Assembly: GCA_022705945.1 (NCBI GenBank)
Contig: JAKJDL010000007.1
Span: forward strand, 9,000 to 72,999
Length of the DNA stretch: 64,000 nucleotides
From: Candidatus Omnitrophota bacterium
Lineage (GTDB): Bacteria; Omnitrophota; Omnitrophia; Omnitrophales; Aquincolibacteriaceae
Direction: 5' to 3'
Below the pieces are notes generated by a model. That model made no database searches. It saw nothing but the letters and a program-made list of their open reading frames with translations, and had not been told where the DNA came from. How positions within the stretch are numbered: the stretch's first letter is position 1; the number at the start of each line of letters is the position of its first letter. A program made the translations under genes and the position numbers. Shown here piece by piece: positions 43,405 to 52,926 of the stretch.

Positions 43405-44142
43405 TTAAAGCAACCTCCCCGCAAGCACACCGGGCAATCCCTCGGCACGGATTTTCGCGGCTGCTTTCTTATTATCGTAAGGCAGTCGGACGATTTCAAA
43501 TGTTAATTCGTCAGCGTCAAATATCCCGAAAGAAAGCCGCGGGTCACCGTCCCTCGGCTGACCGATGCTGCCGGGATTCAAAAGATACCGCTTCCCTTTT
43601 GAAAGCTTCAGGACGCCTTCCCTGAGATAGCCGTCCTTTTCTTTCCCCGTTTCCGAAATCCCGAACGGGACATGACTGTGTCCCACAAACCCGAAAGGCG
43701 TCGCAAGCGCCATAAAACTTTTCATACCCGCGTCATCATCCATCAGATATTCAAAGTCTTCCGGACGGTAAATCGTTCCGTGGGCGATCGTCGCGGGAGG
43801 GCTGACCTGAAGGTAAGGAAGCTCCCTGATCCCGTTAATCAGCTCACTGCGCAGGCGGTCCGCTGTCCAATCGATGGCAATTCGCGCACAGCCCATGAAA
43901 CTCCAGCGGATCTTTTCATGCAGAACGGCCGCTTCGTGGTTGCCGAGAACATGCATCGCTGAGTGACGCAGCACCCAGTCGAGACATTCGTTGGGATTCG
44001 CCCCGTAGCCGACCGAATCGCCGAGACAAACGACACGCTCCGGGCCGTGTTTTTCAAGATATTCCGCGGCCGTTTCCAGAGCCTCAAGGTTCCCGTGAAT
44101 GTCGGCAAGTATGGCGTAACGCATCGTTGTGACCTCACCCAT
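43405..44142 (-). CDS. Metallophosphoesterase (calcineurin-like phosphoesterase family)
   Basis: MRYAILADIHGNLEALE, GDSVGYG, GNHE motifs. Confidence 0.7.
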   Translation of the reverse strand: MGEVTTMRYAILADIHGNLEALETAAEYLEKHGPERVVCLGDSVGYGANPNECLDWVLRHSAMHVLGNHEAAVLHEKIRWSFMGCARIAIDWTADRLRSELINGIRELPYLQVSPPATIAHGTIYRPEDFEYLMDDDAGMKSFMALATPFGFVGHSHVPFGISETGKEKDGYLREGVLKLSKGKRYLLNPGSIGQPRDGDPRLSFGIFDADELTFEIVRLPYDNKKAAAKIRAEGLPGVLAGRLL

Positions 44143-44164
44143 TACGAGACCGTGTCCGAGGGGG

Positions 44165-44437
44165 TTAATAATTAATACCGAATTTCCGAAAGGTTCCGAC
44201 CGGTTCGGTCCACTTCGTTTCGACGTTTTCTATGTGATATTTCATTCCCGACTCCCGGATCGCCGTCAAAAACCTCACGAGCTCGGGCTCTTCCCCTTCG
44301 GCGACCACTTCCACGCGCCCGTCCTCAAGATTGCGCACAAAACCAGTGACTTCAAAACGCCGGGCCAACCTTTCGGCGGTAAAACGAAATCCGACCCCCT
44401 GTACTCGCCCGCTGAAAAATACCTGCATGCGCTTCAT
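44165..44437 (-). CDS. acyP: Acylphosphatase
   Basis: VFFSGRVQGVGFRF and GFVRNLEDGRVEV signatures; about 90 aa from the internal start. Confidence 0.8.
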   Translation of the reverse strand: MKRMQVFFSGRVQGVGFRFTAERLARRFEVTGFVRNLEDGRVEVVAEGEEPELVRFLTAIRESGMKYHIENVETKWTEPVGTFRKFGINY

Positions 44438-44474
44438 AAAAGAGCCCGGCGCGACGGCCGACAGTGAGTGTTTT

Positions 44475-45029
44475 TTAAAATACACCGCGCACCGGGCATT
44501 GAGGCACGTCCCTTCTCAATAAATTTCCGATATGAAAAGCAACCACTCCGAAAGCGACGGAGACATTCAGGGAGTTTTTGAGGCCCGCCATCGGGATTTC
44601 GATCGTTTGGTCGCAAAGGGCAAGGAGTTCTTCGGAAACGCCTTCAATCTCGTTACCCACAACAAGGCACAGCGGCGCGGCCGGTTCGAACTTTTCGTAA
44701 GAGATACTTTGTTCCAGCTGTTCAAGCAGAACGATCCGGTGTCCCGCCGCCTTTAATCTCCTGAGAACTTCCCCGGCGTTCCGGTGATATTCCCAGGGAA
44801 CCTCTTTCTCGGCGCCCAAGGCCGTTTTGGAAATCTTGGAATCGGGAGGATGTCCCGTAATGCCGCAAAGGTAGACTTTTTCAACGCCGGCCCCGTCCGC
44901 GGTCCGGAAAATCGAACCGACATTGTGAAGGCTCCGGATGTTGTTGAGAAGGACCGAGAAGGAAAGCCTGGGAGATTTTTTATTCGCTTGCTGACGGGCC
45001 AGGAGTTCGGAATGACTGAGCTTTCTCAT
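44475..45029 (-). CDS. SpoU/TrmH-family RNA 2'-O-methyltransferase
   Basis: SPOUT motifs LHNVGSIFRTADGAG, LVVGNEIEGVS, LNVSVAFGV; start taken at MRKLS (45029). Confidence 0.75.
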   Translation of the reverse strand: MRKLSHSELLARQQANKKSPRLSFSVLLNNIRSLHNVGSIFRTADGAGVEKVYLCGITGHPPDSKISKTALGAEKEVPWEYHRNAGEVLRRLKAAGHRIVLLEQLEQSISYEKFEPAAPLCLVVGNEIEGVSEELLALCDQTIEIPMAGLKNSLNVSVAFGVVAFHIGNLLRRDVPQCPVRGVF

Positions 45030-45817
45030 CAAGAAAGGCGGCGGTCCGCTTGTCCGGGCTTGGGCCGGGTGTCCCATTCGATATATTTCCTGTAGCCGAA
45101 GTGATAAAGGGATTCGGGCAGACGTTTAAAGAACCACATCACGACCGCCCACCAACCCGGGACATAAGCAATCCGTTTGCCTTTTTTGATCGCCCTAAGA
45201 ATATCCCCGGCCGCCTTTTCTGTCGAGACAACTCCGAATAATCCTTTGCGTCCGCGTATCATGTTCGTATCCACAAAACCGGGACGGACATCAACCACTT
45301 TGATTGGGGTCGCAGCAAGTCTCTGGCGAAGCCCTTCCATGTAGTTGATCATGAATGCCTTGGAGGCATTATAGGCGGGCGAACGCCCGCTCCCGCGGTG
45401 ACCGGCGACCGAAGAAATGCCCGCCAAGGTCCCTTTGCCGCGCCTTAAAAAGTAATTGCACCCGACATCCGCCATCGCAGCGAATCCGAGCACATTCACC
45501 TTGATCGTTTCTTCTTCAAGGCTCCAGTCCAGATCGCTGTTATGAAAAAGAACGCCGGCGTTCACCACAAGCAGGTCCATACCCTGCATCTGCATGATAA
45601 GGTTCCCGAGGCTGTGGACCGCCTCCCGCGTGTTCCGGAGATCAATTTGACGGACCAGGCTCGGCCCGGGAAGTTCGGCCCGGAGTTTTTCTAATTTTTC
45701 AGGGTCCCGGCCGGTCAGCCCGACGAAATATCCGTCCCTCGAAAGCTCGAAAGCCAGCGCCCTTCCGATCCCGCTGCCTGTTCCGATCACGATTGCTTTT
45801 TTTTGAACTTCGCTCAT
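45029..45817 (-). CDS. Short-chain dehydrogenase/reductase (SDR) family oxidoreductase
   Basis: 262 aa; TGSGIGRALA Rossmann motif, YNASK catalytic motif. Confidence 0.8.
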   Translation of the reverse strand: MSEVQKKAIVIGTGSGIGRALAFELSRDGYFVGLTGRDPEKLEKLRAELPGPSLVRQIDLRNTREAVHSLGNLIMQMQGMDLLVVNAGVLFHNSDLDWSLEEETIKVNVLGFAAMADVGCNYFLRRGKGTLAGISSVAGHRGSGRSPAYNASKAFMINYMEGLRQRLAATPIKVVDVRPGFVDTNMIRGRKGLFGVVSTEKAAGDILRAIKKGKRIAYVPGWWAVVMWFFKRLPESLYHFGYRKYIEWDTRPKPGQADRRLS

Positions 45818-45885
45818 GGCAATTTATCCTGATAAAAAAGGCGCTGCCTGACCTTGACGGGGGCAGCGCCTTCTTTACCGATCAC

Positions 45886-46320
45886 TTAAATCCCGATTTT
45901 GTTTTTCGCTTCTTTTGTCTTTTTTGCAGCTTTTTTTTCCGCTTTTTTCCGGGCCTTTTCGGCTTCTTTTTTCTGCTTTTTTGATTCTTTGTCCGCTTTT
46001 TTCCGGGCCTTCTCAGCTTTCTTTTCGGCTTTCTTCTTTGCTTTTTCCTCCGCCTTTTCTTTCTTTACCTTTTCTTTGGCTTCCTTCGCGATCTTTTCGG
46101 CTTCGTCAGTCGCTTCTTTTACCTTGCCTTTCGCTTTTCCGGCCTCTTTTTTCATCAACCCGGGGGGCTGGGCCTCGCCCTGCCATCCCTTCTTTTCACC
46201 CTTGCTCCACCCGGCAGGCACCCCGGCCGCATCGTCCTCGGCATACGCAACCACGCCAATCGACGCGACACAGAGGGCAAGCATAAAAAATCCGGCTATT
46301 TTCCAAATTCCGCACTTCAT
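45886..46320 (-). CDS. Secreted lysine/alanine/glutamate-rich low-complexity repeat protein
   Basis: Signal peptide MKCGIWKIAGFFMLALCVASIGVVAYA, then (A/E)EK(A/K)-type repeats; the DNA shows an imperfect 54-nt tandem repeat (CCGCTTTTTTCCGGGCCTT at 45939 and 45993). Confidence 0.5.
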   Translation of the reverse strand: MKCGIWKIAGFFMLALCVASIGVVAYAEDDAAGVPAGWSKGEKKGWQGEAQPPGLMKKEAGKAKGKVKEATDEAEKIAKEAKEKVKKEKAEEKAKKKAEKKAEKARKKADKESKKQKKEAEKARKKAEKKAAKKTKEAKNKIGI

Positions 46321-46341
46321 GTCAGGTTCCTCCCTGTTCAT

Positions 46342-46545
46342 TTAAAGATTATTTCCCCGTCGGCTTCTGATAAACGCCTCAACCGACCGGTCATAGGTTT
46401 TTTCAAGTTTTTCGGGAAAATAACAGGCGGGCAATTCGTTTTGGGATCGATGATAAGCGATACACTCACAGCAAATCCCCTTCCGGGGACAGGGCTCGTA
46501 GGAGCAGTTGCAACGCTTTCGATTTACTTCAACCCTGCATTCCAT
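46342..46545 (-). CDS. Cysteine-rich 67-aa protein (CxC...CP...CCEC...H...C pattern), putative metal-binding
   Basis: [43 protein letters not shown]: 8 Cys and 1 His in 40 residues. Confidence 0.45.
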   Translation of the reverse strand: MECRVEVNRKRCNCSYEPCPRKGICCECIAYHRSQNELPACYFPEKLEKTYDRSVEAFIRSRRGNNL

Positions 46546-46656
46546 TTTCTATTTTCGCGCCTCTTCCCGCAATCGGCCGGATGCCGAACGAATCTTTCGC
46601 CCCCCAGTCCCGGGAATTGTATCATACCCTCCGGGAGAAAAATATATGCGAATCCG

Positions 46657-47316
46657 TCAGGCAGCGTCCGGACCTTCACTCCATTCGTCAAGCTTCTGAA
46701 GAAAAACATGCATCTGGGCCGGAAGATCTCCCGGCATTCTTGCTGTAACAATATTGCGATCAATCACCACCGGCTGGTCGATAAACGTCGCGCCGGCCTC
46801 GACCATCTCATTCTCAATGCCGGGCCAGGCTGTCACCCGAAGCCCTTCAAGCATTCCGGCAGCGGCCAGGATTTGCGGCCCGTGGCAGATAGCCGCGACC
46901 GGTTTGCCGCTCGCGATAAAATCATTCACGATCTCAAGCACGGCCGCATTTTGACTCAGGGACGCGGGAGCTTTGCCGCCGGGCAGGTAAAGCCCCGCAT
47001 AGTCCTCCGCGCGAATCCCCGCGACCGGAACGCTTCCGGTAACCGAAGCCGAGTTGTAACCCGTCACAGTGCCTCCCGACAAAGTCGCAATCGTCACCTG
47101 ATATCCCTCTTCGACAAACCTGTAATAGGGATAAAGAAGCTCAGTGTCGTTAAAATCATTGTCGGTAATGATAAGCAGTTTCCCGTCCACCGGAATATCG
47201 ACCCTAGAGACCTTGTAGATATCTTCCATTGTGGCCTGCCCGGCAAAAACACACGGGCCCGTCAGAAAAACAGCAACCGCGAACAAAAGAACTCCGATTG
47301 AAAGGATATGTTTCAT
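46657..47316 (-). CDS. Secreted DJ-1/PfpI-family (class I glutamine amidotransferase-like) protein
   Basis: Signal peptide, nucleophile elbow AICHGPQIL; GGAGG RBS. Confidence 0.8.
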   Translation of the reverse strand: MKHILSIGVLLFAVAVFLTGPCVFAGQATMEDIYKVSRVDIPVDGKLLIITDNDFNDTELLYPYYRFVEEGYQVTIATLSGGTVTGYNSASVTGSVPVAGIRAEDYAGLYLPGGKAPASLSQNAAVLEIVNDFIASGKPVAAICHGPQILAAAGMLEGLRVTAWPGIENEMVEAGATFIDQPVVIDRNIVTARMPGDLPAQMHVFLQKLDEWSEGPDAA

Positions 47317-47497
47317 GATCTGCCTCCTTGGAAAACCGCTTGTGGTTCTTCGCGAAAATTCCCGACCGACGGCATGAGCCCCCGCCCGGGCGGCGACATT
47401 CTAAACCAAATTCAGCGCGTTAATCCAACGTTTTTCAGAAAAGTTTCCCGCTTATCTTTAGGAAGCCGCCCGGAATAATCCCGAGCGCTCGCGATCC

Positions 47498-49114
47498 CTA
47501 AGCGTAAAGAGAGGCCCTGCGCGATTTGATCACGGGATCCTGCAAGAAATCATCGAGTGACGTCCGGCGGCAATCGACCATGCCGACCGGGGTCATCTCA
47601 ACAATGCGATTGGCGACGGTCTGGACAAACTGGTGATCATGAGATGAGAAAAGAACCGTCCCCGGGAACTTTTCAAGCCCCTGGTTCAGGGCCGTGATGG
47701 ATTCAAGATCCAGATGGTTGGTAGGCTCATCCATGATAAGGACATTGGCGCCCGAGAGCATCATCCGAGCCAACATGCATCGAACCCGCTCGCCTCCCGA
47801 CAAAACCGATGCCTTTTTCAGGGATTCTTCCCCCGAGAAAAGCATGCGCCCGAGAAACCCCCGGATATAATTCTCATCTTTTTCCTTCGAAAATTGCCTG
47901 AGCCAATCGACCAGATCAAGATCGGTTTCAAAATAATGCCGGTTCTCTCGCGGGAAATAGGCCCGGGTCGTGGAAGCACCCCATTTAAAGGTGCCGCTGT
48001 CGGGCGTCAGCTCTCCCGCAAGAATCTGAAAAAGAGCGGTCTTAACGCGATCCAGGGGGCCGACAAACGCGATCTTGTCGCCTTTATCGACGCGAAGATC
48101 AAGCCGGCGGAACATCAGCTCCCCTTCAAGCGATTTTTGAAGTCCTTCAATCTCGAGAAGATCATTCCCGGCTTCCCGCTCGGGCCTGAAAAGAATGTTC
48201 GGATACCGGCGGGATGACGGCCGGATATCCTCCAGCGTCAGTTTCTCGAGAAGTTTCTTCCGGGAAGTTGCCTGTCGTGATTTTGAGGCGTTCGCGCTGA
48301 AGCGGGCGATGAATGCCCGGAGCTCCTTGCGCTTTTCCTCGATGTTTTTGTTCATCTCGGATTTTTGGCGAAGCGCGAGCTGGCTGGACTCATACCAGAA
48401 GGAGTAATTTCCCGTATAAAGCTGTATCTTTCCGAAATCAATATCCGCGATGTGCGTGCAGACACGGTCAAGGAAGTGGCGGTCATGCGATACGACAATA
48501 GCGGTGTTTTTGAAATCATAAAGAAAATCTTCGAGCCAAAGGCAAGTCTCGACATCCAGATGGTTCGTGGGCTCGTCAAGCAGAAGGATGTCGGGATTCC
48601 CGAAAAGAGCCTGCGCAAGAAGCACCCGGACCTTTTGACTCGCTTCAAGCTGTTTCATGGGCAGGTCGTGCAGTTTGTCCGCGATTCCCAGGTCGCTCAG
48701 GAGCTTCGCCGCCTCCGCTTCAGCATCCCATCCGTGCATTTCCGAAAACTCATGCTCAAGGTCGGCCACCCTCAGACCGTCGGCTTCCGTAAACTCGGAC
48801 TTGGCGTAAATCGCTTCTTTTTCCCTGATGATATCGTAAAGCTTTTGATGGCCCATGATAACGGTCCGCAGAACGGGAAACTCGTCGTAGGCGAACTGGT
48901 CCTGCTTGAGCGTAGAGATGCGTTCGTTCTTTCCGGTCGTGACCGAACCGGCACTCGGCTCAACCTCTCCCGAAAGGATCTTGAGGAAAGTGGACTTCCC
49001 GGAACCGTTGGCGCCGATAAGGCCGTAGCAGTTTCCCGGAGTGAACATAATATTGACGTTCTCGAAAAGAATCCGCTTCCCGAATTGAAGAGTCACGCCG
49101 TTCGCTGAGATCAT
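47498..49114 (-). CDS. ABC-F family ATPase (YbiT-like; tandem ABC cassettes, no TMD)
   Basis: Start MISANGVTLQFGKRILFENVNIMFTPGNCYGLIGANGSGKST; two Walker A, two LSGGE signatures and a linker, near-collinear with the E. coli YbiT pattern. Confidence 0.85.
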   Translation of the reverse strand: MISANGVTLQFGKRILFENVNIMFTPGNCYGLIGANGSGKSTFLKILSGEVEPSAGSVTTGKNERISTLKQDQFAYDEFPVLRTVIMGHQKLYDIIREKEAIYAKSEFTEADGLRVADLEHEFSEMHGWDAEAEAAKLLSDLGIADKLHDLPMKQLEASQKVRVLLAQALFGNPDILLLDEPTNHLDVETCLWLEDFLYDFKNTAIVVSHDRHFLDRVCTHIADIDFGKIQLYTGNYSFWYESSQLALRQKSEMNKNIEEKRKELRAFIARFSANASKSRQATSRKKLLEKLTLEDIRPSSRRYPNILFRPEREAGNDLLEIEGLQKSLEGELMFRRLDLRVDKGDKIAFVGPLDRVKTALFQILAGELTPDSGTFKWGASTTRAYFPRENRHYFETDLDLVDWLRQFSKEKDENYIRGFLGRMLFSGEESLKKASVLSGGERVRCMLARMMLSGANVLIMDEPTNHLDLESITALNQGLEKFPGTVLFSSHDHQFVQTVANRIVEMTPVGMVDCRRTSLDDFLQDPVIKSRRASLYA

Positions 49115-49130
49115 AAGGTCGGCAATATTA

Positions 49131-49751
49131 TCAGGTTGCGGCCGCGGAGTGAAAATAAATTTCGCCGGGAGGATCGTCCGCGGCTTCCCCGGGCCCCCAG
49201 ACCGGCCGCGCGCCAAGTTGATGGATCAAATAAATGCTGTCCGGAGCGCCGCCCGTTTCACGAACAAGCTTTCTGAGATAATTCTTCCGCCGCGTTTTTT
49301 CCGGATAAATGATTTCAACATGCGTCATCACATCTATCTTTCCCCAATCGGCGGGAGCCCGTTTTTGAAGCAGGGCGAAAAGCTGTCCGTAGCGAACCAT
49401 GCGCCTCACGCCGGGACCGAGTTCCTTCGAATGATTAATGAGGAGCCCCGCGTATTCCTTCGGATTAAAATGCCGGACCCCCTGATGAATATCCGCCGTC
49501 AAAAGATCAAGACCGAAGATCCCCTGCAGGCCGGACCGGGCGAGCATGACCGAGTGGGCCAGGAGGTCTTGGAAGGAGCACCAGGCCGGCTTTTCGGTCG
49601 GGGGAACAATCGAGGCGAGATAAAGCTGTTTTTCCGAAGTCCCGTCCGACACTTCAAAGCGGAGCAGTTTTGCAGTGACGGGCCCGCAATAAACAATCGA
49701 TTGAAAAGGAGGGAGGCCTGAGAAAATATCGGCCTGAAGGATCTGGTTCAC
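49131..49751 (-). CDS. Hypothetical 206-aa protein translationally coupled to hisF
   Basis: Start overlaps the hisF stop (ATGA); I recognise no family and see no motifs of HisG, HisE or HAD. Confidence 0.4.
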   Translation of the reverse strand: MNQILQADIFSGLPPFQSIVYCGPVTAKLLRFEVSDGTSEKQLYLASIVPPTEKPAWCSFQDLLAHSVMLARSGLQGIFGLDLLTADIHQGVRHFNPKEYAGLLINHSKELGPGVRRMVRYGQLFALLQKRAPADWGKIDVMTHVEIIYPEKTRRKNYLRKLVRETGGAPDSIYLIHQLGARPVWGPGEAADDPPGEIYFHSAAAT

Positions 49752-50506
49752 AGCCTGACGGAAATTCCCCCGGCTTTCAAAAAAGCCTTCGCTTCAGGGA
49801 TCGTGTATTCTCCGAAATGGAAGACGGAGGCGGCAAGACAGGCGTCCGCCTGCCCCAGGTAAAAACCGTCATAGAGATGCCGGAGATTACCGACCCCGCC
49901 CGACGCGATTACCGGTATCCGGACCGATTCCGAAATGCGGCGCGTCAGCTCAAGATCATAGCCGTTCTTCGTTCCGTCACAATCCATGCTAGTCAACAAA
50001 ATCTCCCCCGCGCCTAACTTTTCAACCTTTTTGGCCCACCGGACGGCATCCAGACCCGCGGGGTGACGGCCCCCGTGCGTGTAGACACCCCATTGATTTT
50101 TTCCTTCGCGTTTGGCGTCGATCGCGACCACGATACACTGATTTCCGAAATGACGGCTGGCTTCCCCGATCAGTTTCGGATTCTTGATCGCCGCCGTGTT
50201 GATCGAAACCTTGTCACAGCCCGCACGAAGCAATTCACGGATATCCGTCACCGAAGAGATACCGCCGCCCACCGTAAAGGGAATAAAAATGGCGGCCGCC
50301 ACTTTTTCCGCGATTTCGATCATCGTCCTTCTTTTTTCATGGGACGCGGTGATATCGAGGAAAACAAGTTCATCCGCTTTTTGACGGTCATAGGCCCGAG
50401 CGCACTGAACGGGATCGCCCGCGTCTTTCAGGGACACAAACTTTACGCCTTTGACCACACGGCCGCGACAGACATCCAGACATGGAATAATTCGTTTCGC
50501 AAACAT
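49748..50506 (-). CDS. hisF: Imidazole glycerol phosphate synthase cyclase subunit
   Basis: 252 aa; [23 protein letters not shown] motifs. Confidence 0.9.
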   Translation of the reverse strand: MFAKRIIPCLDVCRGRVVKGVKFVSLKDAGDPVQCARAYDRQKADELVFLDITASHEKRRTMIEIAEKVAAAIFIPFTVGGGISSVTDIRELLRAGCDKVSINTAAIKNPKLIGEASRHFGNQCIVVAIDAKREGKNQWGVYTHGGRHPAGLDAVRWAKKVEKLGAGEILLTSMDCDGTKNGYDLELTRRISESVRIPVIASGGVGNLRHLYDGFYLGQADACLAASVFHFGEYTIPEAKAFLKAGGISVRL

Positions 50507-50507
50507 A

Positions 50508-50912
50508 TCAAAGCGTCATCTGGTTATTTTCAAGGCGCTTCATAACGTGAATGACCGCCCCTCCGAGGGCGGCAATATGCGACATGGCGGCGAGAAAAAG
50601 AGCCAGGAGGATCAGTCCGGCGAGCCCGGCCTCATAGAGTGAAAATTCTTTCAAATTAGCGGTCTGCCATGCAAAGACGACAAGAAGCAGGGAGACAATA
50701 AAAAGAATCCATCCTGCCGCCGAACGGCTGGTATAGGCTTTCTTGATTTCGTGATACCATTTGGAATTGAGAAGCTTCGCCTGTTTGATAACCGGATGAA
50801 AATAAAGGCTTCGGACCGCAAGAAACAGGATCAAGTTCAGGATCCCGGGGAATGCCCATGACCAGGTTCTTTGCGTGAGGACCACCTCCCAGAAATTTTT
50901 AAGTTCGTTCAT
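50508..50912 (-). CDS. Small 3-TM membrane protein embedded between hisA and hisF (hypothetical)
   Basis: 134 aa; hydrophobic segments [41 protein letters not shown]; its start overlaps the hisA stop and its stop abuts the hisF start. Confidence 0.5.
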   Translation of the reverse strand: MNELKNFWEVVLTQRTWSWAFPGILNLILFLAVRSLYFHPVIKQAKLLNSKWYHEIKKAYTSRSAAGWILFIVSLLLVVFAWQTANLKEFSLYEAGLAGLILLALFLAAMSHIAALGGAVIHVMKRLENNQMTL

Positions 50913-51655
50913 GTTCCCGCTCCTTGATTTTTATTTTTTGAAATACACTGAAAGGCCTCCGTGAGCGTGAATCGCTTCTCATAGAGAGCCTTGCCGATAA
51001 TCACGCCTTCAAAATTCTCTTCGGGAACGGAGGCGCACCGCTCAATATCCGAAAGCCGGGCGACCCCGCCCGACAAAATGACGCGCGCTTTCGTCCGGGA
51101 CAGAACATCCGGGAGCTTTCCGAAGTTGGGGCCCTGAAGAACGCCGTCTTTTTCAATATCGGTATAAATAACCGTTCGAACACCGGCGCGGTCGCAAAGC
51201 TCCAGCGCCGCCTCCAGGGTCATGTTGCCGTCCCGGGTCCAGCCTGCCGTTTTGATAATCCCGTTCCCGGCGTCAAGGCCGACGGCTATCTGGTTTCTGA
51301 ATTTTTTGACACATTGTTCGAGGAACGGAAAATCAAGGGCTTTGGTCCCGAGAACAACCCGGGAAACCCCGCTGTCCAGGACTTCCTTGATCGTCTCAAG
51401 GCTTCGAAGACCTCCCCCGCACTGAACGCGGGCACGGACGGCCTTGCAGATCGACGCGATCGCGACGTGATTGGTGAGAACACCGCTCTTCGCTCCTTCA
51501 AGATCCACCACGTGAATCCATTGTGCGCCCGCCGCCTCCCACTCTCGCGCCGTTGCCGCAGGATCATTCGAATAAACCTTGCGGCTGCCATAATCCCCCC
51601 GGGTGAGCCGGACAACTTTACCTTGATAAAGATCGATCGCGGGATAAAGATTCAT
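50909..51655 (-). CDS. hisA: 1-(5-phosphoribosyl)-5-[(5-phosphoribosylamino)methylideneamino]imidazole-4-carboxamide isomerase
   Basis: 248 aa; MNLYPAIDLYQGKVVRL, VVDLEGA, GGGLRS motifs. Confidence 0.9.
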   Translation of the reverse strand: MNLYPAIDLYQGKVVRLTRGDYGSRKVYSNDPAATAREWEAAGAQWIHVVDLEGAKSGVLTNHVAIASICKAVRARVQCGGGLRSLETIKEVLDSGVSRVVLGTKALDFPFLEQCVKKFRNQIAVGLDAGNGIIKTAGWTRDGNMTLEAALELCDRAGVRTVIYTDIEKDGVLQGPNFGKLPDVLSRTKARVILSGGVARLSDIERCASVPEENFEGVIIGKALYEKRFTLTEAFQCISKNKNQGAGT

Positions 51656-51659
51656 AAGT

Positions 51660-52265
51660 TCACCAACGGATAAAATTCCGAAGCAGCCGCAGCCCCGCGT
51701 CCTGGCTTTTCTCGGGGTGAAACTGGACTGCGGCGATGCGGTCGGTGCCGACCACTGCCGCGAACTCTTTCCCCGCGTAGCGGCAACTTGCGAGAGTTAA
51801 TTTCCGAACTTTGGGCTGCCCGTAAAACGAATGCACGAAATAGAAATAATCACCGCTCCGAATCCCTTCCAGGAGAGGATGTTTTCTGACAAGCCTGATA
51901 TCATTCCATCCCATGTGAGGTATTTTGACTTTGGACGAACGGAACCGGACGACCTTGCCCGGCAAAAGACCGAGGCCCTCAACACCCGGCGCCTCGTCGC
52001 TCTTTTCAAAAAAAAGCTGAAGCCCGAGGCAAATACCGAGAAGTTTTGCGCCTTTCGCCAGGGTGTCTTTGAGAGGTTTGATCAGTCCGCGCTGTCCGAG
52101 CTCTGCCATCGCATCCCCGAACGATCCGACACCGGGAAGGATCAGTTTGGAGGCATTCTTGAGATCGCTTCCCTTGCTTGTGACTGAATAGCGGCCTCCC
52201 AGGTGTTCAATGGCCTTGGACACACTGCGCAGATTCCCCATCCCGTAATCAATGACCGTAATCAT
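51660..52265 (-). CDS. hisH: Imidazole glycerol phosphate synthase glutaminase subunit
   Basis: MITVIDYGMGNLRSV, GICLGLQ catalytic Cys, HSF, FHPEKS; start at the internal ATG at 52265, since the 5' ORF extension overlaps hisB out of frame. Confidence 0.9.
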   Translation of the reverse strand: MITVIDYGMGNLRSVSKAIEHLGGRYSVTSKGSDLKNASKLILPGVGSFGDAMAELGQRGLIKPLKDTLAKGAKLLGICLGLQLFFEKSDEAPGVEGLGLLPGKVVRFRSSKVKIPHMGWNDIRLVRKHPLLEGIRSGDYFYFVHSFYGQPKVRKLTLASCRYAGKEFAAVVGTDRIAAVQFHPEKSQDAGLRLLRNFIRW

Positions 52266-52329
52266 TCTGGTCGACACAGATTCTGAAAGGTTTTTTTTCT
52301 CATGGCCGGCCGGGCAAAAGTGGCGGCCA

Positions 52330-52926
52330 TCAAAGCTTTCCCTTCGTGGAGGGAACGCCTTTGACCCGGGGATCATAAGCCACGGCCATATCAAGAGCCT
52401 TTGCGAGAGCCTTGAAGATCCCTTCCACAATGTGGTGGGTATCCGTCCCGGCAAGAACACCGATGTGCATATTGATGCCACTATGCTGGCAAAAGGAGCG
52501 AAGGAGATCGACTGCATCGTCGAAGGTGTATTGAGGCTGACGGGAGAGCCGGACACCGGGAAATTTCTTGATAAAAAGCGAAGGCCTTCCCGAAATGTCC
52601 AGTGTACAGCGAATAAGCGCCTCGTCCATCGGCACCGCGAATGAACCGTAACGGCGAATCCCTTTCTTGTCTCCGAGAGCCTCGGACAAAGCATGTCCGA
52701 GAGCGATACCGATATCTTCGTTTGTGTGATGAATATCGACTTCCAGGTCCCCCCTGGCCTTCAGCTTCAGATCGAAAAGACCGTGTTTGGCAAGGAGCGT
52801 GAGCATATGATCAAGAAAAGGAATCCCGGTATCGACCGAGGACCGGCCTCTTCCATCGATCAACAGATCGACTGAAATATCCGTTTCCGTGGTTTTGCGT
52901 TTAACAACAGCCGATCGTTTTTTCAT
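52330..52926 (-). CDS. hisB: Imidazoleglycerol-phosphate dehydratase (monofunctional)
   Basis: KRKTTETDISVDL, HTNEDIGIALG, two D/HxxxH metal motifs; ATGA overlap with the hisD stop. Confidence 0.9.
   Translation of the reverse strand: MKKRSAVVKRKTTETDISVDLLIDGRGRSSVDTGIPFLDHMLTLLAKHGLFDLKLKARGDLEVDIHHTNEDIGIALGHALSEALGDKKGIRRYGSFAVPMDEALIRCTLDISGRPSLFIKKFPGVRLSRQPQYTFDDAVDLLRSFCQHSGINMHIGVLAGTDTHHIVEGIFKALAKALDMAVAYDPRVKGVPSTKGKL

Noticed and set aside
45900-46110. Tandem-repeat DNA, checked as a possible CRISPR or minisatellite
   Set aside because: The repeats are imperfect 54-nt units inside a protein-coding low-complexity gene, with no spacer/repeat alternation and no cas genes nearby.
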